Below the pieces are notes generated by a model. The model was given only the letters and a program-made list of their open reading frames with translations, searched no databases and was not told the origin of the DNA. A stretch of 64,000 bases of DNA from a virus: positions 1 to 64,000 of IMG/VR virus record IMGVR_UViG_3300020464_000002, one strand, 5' to 3'. The first letter of the stretch is position 1. Each line of letters begins with the position of its first letter. Shown here one piece after another: positions 21,401 through 28,445 of this stretch. The position numbers and the translations under genes were made by a program.

Positions 21401-24400
21401 CTATAGCGGACTATGCAAGGTACGTTAAACAAAACGATTCAGCCTACGCTAATAAAGACTTGCAAAAAGCCAATGAAAAAGCCAAGGGCATGATTGCTGA
21501 GTTAATCGATCGCCTATCGATGGACACCAACGCGCCATTTTTAGAAGACATGCGCGTTGATAGCGTGGTGATCGATGAAGCCCATGCGTTCAAAAACTCA
21601 ATCAGTGCGCCCAATACAGACAACCGTATTAAGTACCTATCACAGCCCCAAGAGTCAGCACGCGGTGAGGACGCACAGGCTAAGTTATTTTACATACGCG
21701 GCCTGACCCCAGCCAATGACGGCGTGCAGCTGCTAACAGCAACACCTATCACCAACAGCCCCTTGGAGATCTACTCTATGCTATCGCTGGCTGGCGGTCG
21801 TGACACAGTAAATAAAATGTGTGGCGGTATTGTGGGTGCAGACGACTTTTTGGCCGTTATGTGCCAAATTGAAGAAGAAGTCGTACCAACGATTGACGGC
21901 AAGACGCGCTCACAAAACGTTTTTACTGGCATTAGAAACGCGCAGATCTTGAAAAAAGCGGTACGAGCCAATGCCGTGATCAAGGACGCGCAAGACGTTG
22001 GCATGTCGGTTGTTATTCCCGAACGTGAAGAATTGGCAACCTCGGTCAATTTAGGCAAAGAGATTGACGGCCAGTTAAGAGAATTACAAGATGCGTATGT
22101 GGTAGCGCGTCAGATCGAGGCTGAAAAGCTGGACAATGAATTAAAAGACCCAACCCATCCACAAAGCCCATACAATCCAAAAAGCCCTTATAGCATTGTT
22201 GCTGGCAAGTACGGTGAAACCAACGATCTAATAGCACACCCATTCAACCTGATCCGTAAGATGGACGTAATGATTGCCGATGCTGAGTTTAGCGAGGGTG
22301 TGACGTTTTATGACTTTGACGAAAACCAACAGGCGATCGCTGAAAAGGTAGTGAACCAATTTAGCAACGGTAGAAAAAAACACACTGATGAACGTTCGCG
22401 CCCTAGCGCATACACTGCTGAGGAAGACGCTAAACCGATCTATAAGAAAGAAGACGGCGAACAGGTGCTAAAGGGTTATAAAATCGCTTGCAAGGCTAGA
22501 ATTGTTATCCACAAAGGCCGTTCACGTATTATGATTGACACAATCGAGAGCAAGTTTCAATCCAGTTTTGAGGCTATGGCCGATAAAGCCAAGCTAAATC
22601 TTGATGTTGCCGTGTCTGCTAAAGTTGCGGCCTTGCTTGAAAACTTTAAAAACGAACAGGCCAACCCGCGTGGGATCAGTAACGACAATACAACCAGCAA
22701 GATCGTTAAGCAGATCATCTTCTGTGATCACTTATTTTTGCATAACAAGATCAAGCGTGTTTTAATCAAACGCGCTGGCGTGCCAGCTAACAAGATCGTC
22801 ATCATTACAGGACAGACAAATAACGATCCTGACAAAATGATCGATATTCAAGACGGTTTTAACGCGTTTGGTGCAGATAATCAGTATCAAGTGGTTATTG
22901 CTAACAAGAAAGCTGAGGTCGGTATCAACTTGCAACGTGGTACGCAAGCAATCCATCATTTAACGACTGGCTGGACACCCGACAGCTTAGAGCAGCGCAA
23001 CGGACGCGGCGCACGCCAAGGCAACAAGACAGAGAGGGTTAAGATTTTTCATTATGACGCGGACGGCACGTTTGATGAGTTTAAACGCACCATGATCGAC
23101 AAAAAGGATGAGTGGATCACCAGCGTGTTATCAGATGAAGACACGAACACGATTGAGGTATCAGGCAGTATCACCCGCGCTGAGCAAGACGCGCTTATTC
23201 GTTTGGGTGGTGATCGTGAGGCCATGCGTGCGTATCAAGCCGAGCGTGACGCACAAGAGGCGCAAGCGCGTAAGGAAGCCGCTATCAAGCGTCATAAAGT
23301 CAATATGCAAGTCGTTGATGAGCAAACCAAGATTGTTAAAAAGCTCAAGATAGATGATTTTTATGAGAACGCTGTAAAAGAAGTCGTTAACCTCATTAAA
23401 GATAATAACGTTGTCTATAAGAAAATACACGCTAACAAAAGCAGCGCCAGCACCAAAGCAAACAGCACCAAGCGTTACAATGCCACCAAGTCGGTTATCC
23501 TCGATAAGATCGAAGAAATTTTTGATAACGTGAAATCACAGGCGGTAAATAGTAATTGGGTAGCAATAGAGAGTATCAGTCCTTATCGCGCCACTATTAG
23601 CGCTGAGGATGCCTATGATATCGTGCAAAACAACTTAGGTCGCGGCGAAAATTTTGCTAATGATAATAGTGGATCATGGGCGGTGCATTTTGCTCGTAAG
23701 ATTTTAACCCATGGCGCTAATTTTGATAGATCCAAAACTATTATCAACAGCGATGGTATTTATCAAGCCACGTATGATGAGATCAACACAACGGCTAGAA
23801 ACCTCATTAAGCAAGCGCTACTAGCAGCAAATGAGTTGGCCGATCGTGCTGGCTTGGCTGGCATGACGATACCTGACGATGCAGGTAATTTAATTGCTGA
23901 CGGTAAAGCGGTTATTCATGATGGTTTTTTCTTTATGGCTGGCTCGATTGCAATTAGCGATCAGTGGTCGCCAGTTAGAAAAGAGGACTTTTTATTTGCA
24001 ATTAACGATAAATTGAGAGGCCACGCACTAACAAGCCGCGTAGATACAAGGGGCGTAACCGTTTATCAAAGCCCCGAAAGCTCACCTCAAGGCATAAAAG
24101 CAAAAGCAGTTATTCATCCAAACACGCCTGAATACCTAGAATACGTTAAGGCTATGGCTAAGATTGAAGATGAGCACTACGGCGCAGGGCAGTTAAGCGA
24201 AGCCGTTTACAGTAATATCATTCCTCAAGTTGCCGAATATAGAGATAATAGTATTCAACCGTTGTGGCATTTAAGCCCTAATTTAGCTGGCCGTCAGGTT
24301 GGCTTATCAAATTGCGACTTCTTGGTGATGTTGCCTTATGAGGTTTTGGCCGCTGGCACGCCGTTTGCGAATAAAATGCTAAGCGACTATAGCGCCGCTG

Positions 24401-25113
24401 GCATTAGTATTGATCTTGATAGCAAAACTTATCAAGCGACTAACGACAAAGTGCAAATTAACGCCGATCAATACGATACGCAAATGATCCACGATCTTTA
24501 TTACAGTTATGTTGGTTTAATGATTAAGCATAGCGGCGTTAAGTTAACCGCTGACGATAAAGCGCTAATGGGGCAACCTCAGATTATAGCTGAGCTATTA
24601 AAGGAACCAGCTGATCAGTTGATAACCGCGCTTAGAGCCGCCGCCGACAGCATTACCGAGCGCCAAAGCAATCGAGTGTTAGAAGATATGGTCGTTAAAT
24701 TGTTTGATGATCTTATTTATAGCGATGAATATATGAGCGATGAGCCAACAGCCGATATGAAGATTTATACGCTAGAATATGTTTATGACGAACACTTAAA
24801 CCGTCAAAATGTTTTAGATGCCGTGGACTTCTTACGGACTGAGAGCAGCAAAAACATTGCTGAGGCTAAAGTTAAGGCGATGGGCTTAGAGGCAAGCGCC
24901 GCTGGTATAAAAGACAGCGACACGGTTTACGTTAGCGGTGATACCCAAACGTACTATAAAACTATCAAGGCATACGGCAATAAAAACGGTGAGAAAGCAA
25001 GATATCAAGGCAATAAATACCAGTCGTGGGCGATGAGTTTTAGAGCCTACAAAGAAATGATAACCGCTAGACCTGAATTGGCTAATCTTTTACCTATGAG
25101 CAAAACACGATAA
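18427..25113 (+). CDS. DarB-like giant protein: N6-adenine methyltransferase plus SNF2-type helicase plus long uncharacterised C-terminus
   Basis: MTase motif I VLDPSAGTGVF (about 18967-18993) and motif IV TNVPFG (about 19162-19176). Helicase motifs GMGVGLGKT (about 21101), VIDEAHAFKN (about 21574), LLTATPITNSPLEIYSML and QRNGRGARQGN. ATG 18427 is preferred over the track start 18397, which lies inside the hairpin. Confidence 0.7.
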   Translation: MKTDQTPSGTKAKFKNIADLQAALAKLQGATNTKDRLAATQGVVDVLKRIGSLRSITIQEAKNGKLDDDHDTPAPAAEKTPTSDIVDRTGMVELAGTSKRQAANNKAVELLAKIKAEGLTRDDLSSEQIETLAAYTGSGGGLISNKGKRGSAYEYYTPKAVASKMWELASEMGFTGGKVLDPSAGTGVFAATSPESAVIDSIELDEVSGGIASILNDGDRSNTVVSSFEKRNELIADDSLDMVMTNVPFGDNKTRGEHKMDDDAYQNESLETYFILRSLEKIKHGGLAVFITPTSVISGKKGDKERLRKLTSLKAELLGAYRLPNKVFEQTGADVMTDIIVYRKHSREATDQINALYEAGDMDTLAKTKVMWDEYISGAYFKNPIHKAKFMLGNEVQVPSRFNPEEMVTALSNPKPTPEIMKDIKKFGGSRIDWEALGAAEAAYIEYNNGDVIFQNGKQLEYQDGRWHVMAAEPTDSDREMQKALANMGSAIEMVVAGMTFDMMDRVNSYTLTTGQADLIPRAARSLFNRTLVVAPKMRAAAWNCVIAAQAIKDVIAEQDYGYDFMTNEPALTSFMKTAFLDGKNTKLTKEPKQDFNFVKLYYDNGKYNAVWRGQIDTEVEVKDEARSYTSLIARMQYDNKSLYLSREQLAKVNPDTDPLTDNEWFINHDGSQVIAASDFLTGSLSNCLAKIDEQIKQATDSKIIAKLEQQKLFATENVTRINLQSVDFDLRSPLISAEDKVRFLKQSVHKDAYISFDEYGKGTPDIDVKGGNLRDEEKLYNRIGDWLAKGTVTTGGVTLSRMTEREALDWMSEQINVANVKFSSWVKANDKLMASLERTINHNDNLFFSQNSDESPVEIAGMNPQLKLHGYQNAFVRSQGRHFGGINGMGVGLGKTFSSLSSTQHAHNIGAKKKTIFVVPNSVLSNWRKEVDFAYTSTDDCLFVGLREKGDQFRVYSNKYDEDLLKAVDSKYRKIFMTYEAFKRIRLKDETIADYARYVKQNDSAYANKDLQKANEKAKGMIAELIDRLSMDTNAPFLEDMRVDSVVIDEAHAFKNSISAPNTDNRIKYLSQPQESARGEDAQAKLFYIRGLTPANDGVQLLTATPITNSPLEIYSMLSLAGGRDTVNKMCGGIVGADDFLAVMCQIEEEVVPTIDGKTRSQNVFTGIRNAQILKKAVRANAVIKDAQDVGMSVVIPEREELATSVNLGKEIDGQLRELQDAYVVARQIEAEKLDNELKDPTHPQSPYNPKSPYSIVAGKYGETNDLIAHPFNLIRKMDVMIADAEFSEGVTFYDFDENQQAIAEKVVNQFSNGRKKHTDERSRPSAYTAEEDAKPIYKKEDGEQVLKGYKIACKARIVIHKGRSRIMIDTIESKFQSSFEAMADKAKLNLDVAVSAKVAALLENFKNEQANPRGISNDNTTSKIVKQIIFCDHLFLHNKIKRVLIKRAGVPANKIVIITGQTNNDPDKMIDIQDGFNAFGADNQYQVVIANKKAEVGINLQRGTQAIHHLTTGWTPDSLEQRNGRGARQGNKTERVKIFHYDADGTFDEFKRTMIDKKDEWITSVLSDEDTNTIEVSGSITRAEQDALIRLGGDREAMRAYQAERDAQEAQARKEAAIKRHKVNMQVVDEQTKIVKKLKIDDFYENAVKEVVNLIKDNNVVYKKIHANKSSASTKANSTKRYNATKSVILDKIEEIFDNVKSQAVNSNWVAIESISPYRATISAEDAYDIVQNNLGRGENFANDNSGSWAVHFARKILTHGANFDRSKTIINSDGIYQATYDEINTTARNLIKQALLAANELADRAGLAGMTIPDDAGNLIADGKAVIHDGFFFMAGSIAISDQWSPVRKEDFLFAINDKLRGHALTSRVDTRGVTVYQSPESSPQGIKAKAVIHPNTPEYLEYVKAMAKIEDEHYGAGQLSEAVYSNIIPQVAEYRDNSIQPLWHLSPNLAGRQVGLSNCDFLVMLPYEVLAAGTPFANKMLSDYSAAGISIDLDSKTYQATNDKVQINADQYDTQMIHDLYYSYVGLMIKHSGVKLTADDKALMGQPQIIAELLKEPADQLITALRAAADSITERQSNRVLEDMVVKLFDDLIYSDEYMSDEPTADMKIYTLEYVYDEHLNRQNVLDAVDFLRTESSKNIAEAKVKAMGLEASAAGIKDSDTVYVSGDTQTYYKTIKAYGNKNGEKARYQGNKYQSWAMSFRAYKEMITARPELANLLPMSKTR

Positions 25114-25122
25114 GGAATATTT

Positions 25123-25551
25123 ATGAATTATTTATATGATCCTGATTTTCTATCGAGAAAAACAGCGGCCACCAAAAGATCACTAGCAGAAAACCAGCCA
25201 AATGCAGACTTCGTTGAGTTTGCCGCTGGCGTGATCTATGATCGCCTTAAAAAGAACATACAGCGCTATAGAGTGTATGGGATGTACTGGTGGGCATTAA
25301 AGGACGTTCTAGCGCGTCAGGGCTACGATATGGGCGCAGAAACCGATGATGATATGGCTGCCTTGTATAAGGGCGCTGACGATGCTGAAACATTAGTCGC
25401 AGCCGATCTGTTTTATCTTGATATGAGTAGTCAAAAGCCGGTTGATAATAATCGCTGGACGATCGACAACCGCCGCGATGATTATGTTTTGTATGATGCA
25501 GACATGGAAGAACGCAACAGAATTACCGACAGCTCATTTTTAGTAAAATAA
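25123..25551 (+). CDS. hypothetical protein
   Basis: 142-aa ORF with SD AAGGA, the last gene of the DarB-like operon. Confidence 0.5.
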   Translation: MNYLYDPDFLSRKTAATKRSLAENQPNADFVEFAAGVIYDRLKKNIQRYRVYGMYWWALKDVLARQGYDMGAETDDDMAALYKGADDAETLVAADLFYLDMSSQKPVDNNRWTIDNRRDDYVLYDADMEERNRITDSSFLVK

Positions 25552-25575
25552 GTTGCATAGTCATTTTGGTAGTTT

Positions 25576-25603
25576 TTGCGTAGCGCGAAAAAGGCGCTAT
25601 AAT
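25576..25603 (+). promoter_or_regulatory. sigma70-type promoter
   Basis: TTGCGT (25576-25581), 16-nt spacer, TATAAT (25598-25603). The spacer holds the IR TAGCGC/GCGCTA. Confidence 0.5.
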
Positions 25604-25609
25604 AAATTC

Positions 25610-25694
25610 ATAACGTAGGTTGCGTTATACTCACTCCATAGTATCTATTGTTATTTTACAGTAAGCAAAAGCCCATCCCAGTGATGGGCTTTTT
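25610..25694 (+). ncRNA. candidate small RNA (about 85 nt)
   Basis: Promoter above. 5' stem ATAACG/CGTTAT (25611-25616/25623-25628). U/A-rich single-stranded stretch. Intrinsic terminator GCCCATC ccagt GATGGGC TTTTT (25671-25694). No ORF with an SD inside. Confidence 0.35.
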
Positions 25695-25702
25695 GCTGTC
25701 TA

Positions 25703-25732
25703 ATGAACGCAAATTAACGCAAATGAACGCAA
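25703..25732 (+). repeat. three tandem decamers AT(G/T)AACGCAA (candidate integrase arm-type sites, P arm)
   Basis: ATGAACGCAA ATTAACGCAA ATGAACGCAA with exact 10-bp phasing. Confidence 0.5.
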
Positions 25733-25741
25733 GGACAGATT

Positions 25742-26158
25742 ATGAGTAGTGAAACGATATTAGATCAAGTTAGAGAAATGGTCATAAAAGTAACGGCAGC
25801 AAAAAAGATTGATGACGAGTATGAAGCATACAGGATGCAAGATCAGGGCGATAGTTGGGATCAAGTACGCGAGCAGTTAAGGGCTGGCTATGAAGTATCG
25901 CACCTTGTAATGAGCCACGATATTTATCAAAAAATATCTCAGGAATCGCTAGACAGGGCACTTAGAAACGAACCTAACCCGCATTTCTTTTGGGGCTTGG
26001 CAGTCGAAGTTGATACCAGTCTGCCTGATAGCACTTTTGGCGTAGTGCTCAAAAAAAGCGACATAGTAGAGCCTCGCAAACGGAATATGGTACAACACAT
26101 GATTAACACACATACAGCACACAGAACCATAAGTATGATTGATATGCCTTATATTTAA
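25742..26158 (+). CDS. hypothetical protein (moron inside the att region)
   Basis: 138-aa ORF with SD AAGGA. Bounded by terminator 25671-25694 and the att core and terminator downstream. Confidence 0.5.
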   Translation: MSSETILDQVREMVIKVTAAKKIDDEYEAYRMQDQGDSWDQVREQLRAGYEVSHLVMSHDIYQKISQESLDRALRNEPNPHFFWGLAVEVDTSLPDSTFGVVLKKSDIVEPRKRNMVQHMINTHTAHRTISMIDMPYI

Positions 26159-26180
26159 AGGCTTTGAGGGCAACTATAAG

Positions 26181-26199
26181 ACTCCCGCCATCTCCACCA
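26181..26199 (+). other. attP core: copy of the 3' end of a tmRNA (ssrA)/tRNA-Ala-like gene
   Basis: ACTCCCGCCATCTCCACCA reads as T-loop end, T-stem CCCGC, acceptor strand CATCTCC (compatible with G3-U70), discriminator A and CCA. It closely resembles the E. coli ssrA 3' end as I recall it. No matching 5' half of a T-arm lies upstream, so this is only a fragment. Confidence 0.6.
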
Positions 26200-26220
26200 C
26201 TTATAAACAAGCAACAATAA

Positions 26221-26244
26221 ACATCAACGAACATCAACGAACAT
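26221..26244 (+). repeat. tandem decamers ACATCAACGA x2 (+ACAT), candidate arm-type sites
   Basis: A perfect direct repeat immediately 3' of the att core. Confidence 0.5.
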
Positions 26245-26254
26245 TATTTACCCT

Positions 26255-26290
26255 AAACCCCTTACAGCTTATGGCTTTAAGGGGTTTTTT
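26255..26290 (+). terminator. intrinsic terminator downstream of att core
   Basis: AAACCCCTTA ... TAAGGGGTTT stem followed by T6. It would terminate the reconstituted ssrA-like gene in a lysogen. Confidence 0.65.
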
Positions 26291-26304
26291 AATGCCTAAA
26301 ACAG

Positions 26305-26350
26305 ACATTAACGAACACTAACGAACATTGACAAGCATCAACAAACATCG
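26305..26350 (+). repeat. four to five degenerate tandem decamers (ACATTAACGA ACACTAACGA ACATTGACAA GCATCAACAA ACATCG), candidate arm-type sites (P' arm)
   Basis: 10-bp phasing. Shares ATNAACGNA with the repeats at 25703 and 26221. Lies just upstream of int. Confidence 0.5.
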
Positions 26351-26399
26351 TAATAATGCACACAGAACACACACGGCCTTACACACAGGAATTGCAACT

Positions 26400-27563
26400 A
26401 TGATCACTAAAGACAGTCAGGTTAAGTCTTTAAAACCTAAAGAAAAAAGGTACACTAATGCCGCTGGTGACGGCTTGTTCCTTGATGTTATGCCAACTGG
26501 TAAGAAATCATGGACGGTGGCGTACAGCAAGAACGGTAAACGCACACGAACCAAGATAGGTACTTATCCAGTATTGTCATTAAAGGATGCACGCGTATTA
26601 GCTCAGGATCTACAACGTCAAGCATTGTTAGGTTATAGCGATATACTGATGAAAGATCTTGTTAAGGAATGGTTATCAGTTTATAGCCCTAACTGGACGA
26701 GTAAAAAATATGAAAAAAATGTAATTCATCGACTAGAATTGGTCACAGAGCGCATAGCTGACGTGAAAGCAAACGAGGTGACACGCTCGATGATCTCGGA
26801 TGAGATAGGGCTAATTGTAGGCAGGGGTACGATAGAAACGGCCAATCGTTGCTTGCGGCTTATTAAAACCGTCTTTGATTATGCCGTAGCTAAAGAGTAT
26901 GTTGAGACCAACCCATGCACATTGGTTAGCAAGATGATACCCGCTAGAAAGGTCGTTAATATGGCCTCATTGCCGATCAGCGAAATGCCTAAATTTTGGA
27001 CAGCGCTTAACTATATGGACATGGCTTATGAAACTAAGCAAGCAATAGCGCTTTATAATTATCTTGCTTGCCGACCAAGTGAGCTGGTAAAGGCGCGATG
27101 GGATACTGGTGAGTTTGACTTAGATAAGGGTGTTTGGATTATCCCAAAACACCGTATGAAAATGCGGCTTGAGCACATGATACCGCTAACCGAAAAACCA
27201 TTACAGATACTCAGAGATCTATACGATCGCCGCATTGATGATGAGTTTGTTTTTAAGAAAAAAAATAAGCCTTGGGAACACATGCCAACAGAAACGCCGC
27301 TGGCAGCGGTAAAGCGAGCTGCTGGTAATGGTAAGATGACAACACATGGTTTTAGATCGCTACTATCAACCAATGCGAACGAGGCCAAACTAGCGGACGG
27401 CACGCGCATGTTTCATGAAGACATTATTGAGCGTCATTTAGCACACGTACCGCATAATAAAGGCCGCGCCGCTTATAATCGCGCTAAATACTGGAATGAC
27501 AGGGTAAGGTTGATGGAATGGTGGGCGGCGATTGTTACGCCATGGATTGAACCTGAATCTTGA
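26400..27563 (+). CDS. int: tyrosine integrase, P4-type (DUF4102 N-terminus)
   Basis: N-terminus MITKDSQVKSLKPKEKRYTNAAGDGLFLDVMPTGKKSW. C-terminal HGFRS, HLAH and the catalytic-Tyr region GRAAYNRAKY. ATG 26400 is preferred over the track start 26328, which lies inside the decamer repeats. Confidence 0.85.
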   Translation: MITKDSQVKSLKPKEKRYTNAAGDGLFLDVMPTGKKSWTVAYSKNGKRTRTKIGTYPVLSLKDARVLAQDLQRQALLGYSDILMKDLVKEWLSVYSPNWTSKKYEKNVIHRLELVTERIADVKANEVTRSMISDEIGLIVGRGTIETANRCLRLIKTVFDYAVAKEYVETNPCTLVSKMIPARKVVNMASLPISEMPKFWTALNYMDMAYETKQAIALYNYLACRPSELVKARWDTGEFDLDKGVWIIPKHRMKMRLEHMIPLTEKPLQILRDLYDRRIDDEFVFKKKNKPWEHMPTETPLAAVKRAAGNGKMTTHGFRSLLSTNANEAKLADGTRMFHEDIIERHLAHVPHNKGRAAYNRAKYWNDRVRLMEWWAAIVTPWIEPES

Positions 27564-27570
27564 TCAAAAA

Positions 27571-27600
27571 AAATAGGGTATGCACTGCATACCCCTATTT
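27571..27600. terminator. bidirectional terminator between convergent int and xis-like genes
   Basis: ATAGGGTAT gcactgc ATACCCCTAT stem, flanked by A8 upstream and TTT downstream. Stronger in the leftward direction. Confidence 0.65.
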
Positions 27601-27604
27601 GGTG

Positions 27605-27808
27605 TTAGTTGTTTTCAACCTCAACTTCTTCAACCTCTACACCGAATACCTCTCTTTTAATGCGATTTGCGTCGGCTCGTGTCCAAGATTTGCGGTCAGC
27701 AACCCACCGCTGCGGCGGATTTTCGGCCATATAATTAGCGATAAACGTTCGCTTGTCAATTCCACATTCTTTTGATAGCTGTGTCAGTGATACCCATTCA
27801 ATAGGCAT
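27605..27808 (-). CDS. excisionase/AlpA-like small DNA-binding protein
   Basis: 67-aa ORF with HTH-like LTQLSKECGIDKRTFIANY, a W...RADANRI pattern and an acidic tail. Adjacent to int. Confidence 0.45.
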   Translation of the reverse strand: MPIEWVSLTQLSKECGIDKRTFIANYMAENPPQRWVADRKSWTRADANRIKREVFGVEVEEVEVENN

Positions 27809-27862
27809 GGTAGTCTCCTATGGTTTCAAGATGATTGTTTGAGCAGACGGCGTATTTATCAT

Positions 27863-28384
27863 TCATCGGTTAGCCTCCGTATTAAGTCTTAATAGACAGT
27901 CACATATATTTTCACCCTCTAGCATTGAGAGATAATCCGTAGCGATAATTTTTCTAAATTCATGAATATTATTTTCAATAATACCGCTGGTATTGGCGGG
28001 GTTATTCTCAGAATAAGCGCGGGTATAAATAACCTCATTAGACATCGATATATCTAGTACCTCTATAATTACCTTATGATTAAATCGATCTAACCAGCGC
28101 TGGCCAATACTAAAGCCGCTAGCGTCATATTCCTCTTGTTTTTTGGCGTAGTGGACGTTTAATATCCAATCGTTTGCGTCATCGTGACTGATAAAACCGT
28201 GTCGCTGATCCGACTCATTAGTAATGCGATTAGCCCAACGAACGCTTAAACCATTTTTTTTGTCCACATAGACCGTGTAGAAGTGAGTAGGTGACATAGC
28301 AACGTTGCCTTGTTGCCAGTTAAGCGGGGTTAGTTTGTCTGCGTTATCGATGGTTGATCCTTGTTTGCTTGTGTTATTGCTCAT
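27863..28384 (-). CDS. hypothetical protein (visibly AT-rich orphan)
   Basis: 173-aa ORF with no recognisable motif. Composition looks lower in GC than its neighbours. Confidence 0.45.
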   Translation of the reverse strand: MSNNTSKQGSTIDNADKLTPLNWQQGNVAMSPTHFYTVYVDKKNGLSVRWANRITNESDQRHGFISHDDANDWILNVHYAKKQEEYDASGFSIGQRWLDRFNHKVIIEVLDISMSNEVIYTRAYSENNPANTSGIIENNIHEFRKIIATDYLSMLEGENICDCLLRLNTEANR

Positions 28385-28445
28385 ACTTAAAACCTTTTAA
28401 TTGCTGGCCGTCATCGAGCGTGACGGCTCCTTAAAATTTGATTAA

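Noticed and set aside
26160-26300. Interpreting the tRNA-like fragment as a prophage/chromosome junction
   Set aside because: Phage genes continue on both sides, and only the last roughly 19 nt of the RNA gene are present. This is therefore attP, not attL or attR.
26139-26321. Track ORFs 26139-26321 (+) and 27560-27775 (+)
   Set aside because: They run across the att core, the terminator and the decamer repeats, or across the convergent terminator and the xis-like gene. They have no SD and are best explained as non-coding.
25703-26350. CRISPR-like regular repeats (also considered for 50642-50692)
   Set aside because: The units are only 7-10 nt long and directly abutting, with no spacers and no cas genes. 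They fit arm-type or protein-binding repeats.
26328-26399. Longer N-termini offered by the track for int (26328), the DarB-like gene (18397), sheath (62522), the acidic protein (57233), dam (37718) and the XRE regulator (41231)
   Set aside because: The extensions overlap repeats, hairpins or terminators. Internal ATGs with SD sequences and family-typical N-termini fit better.
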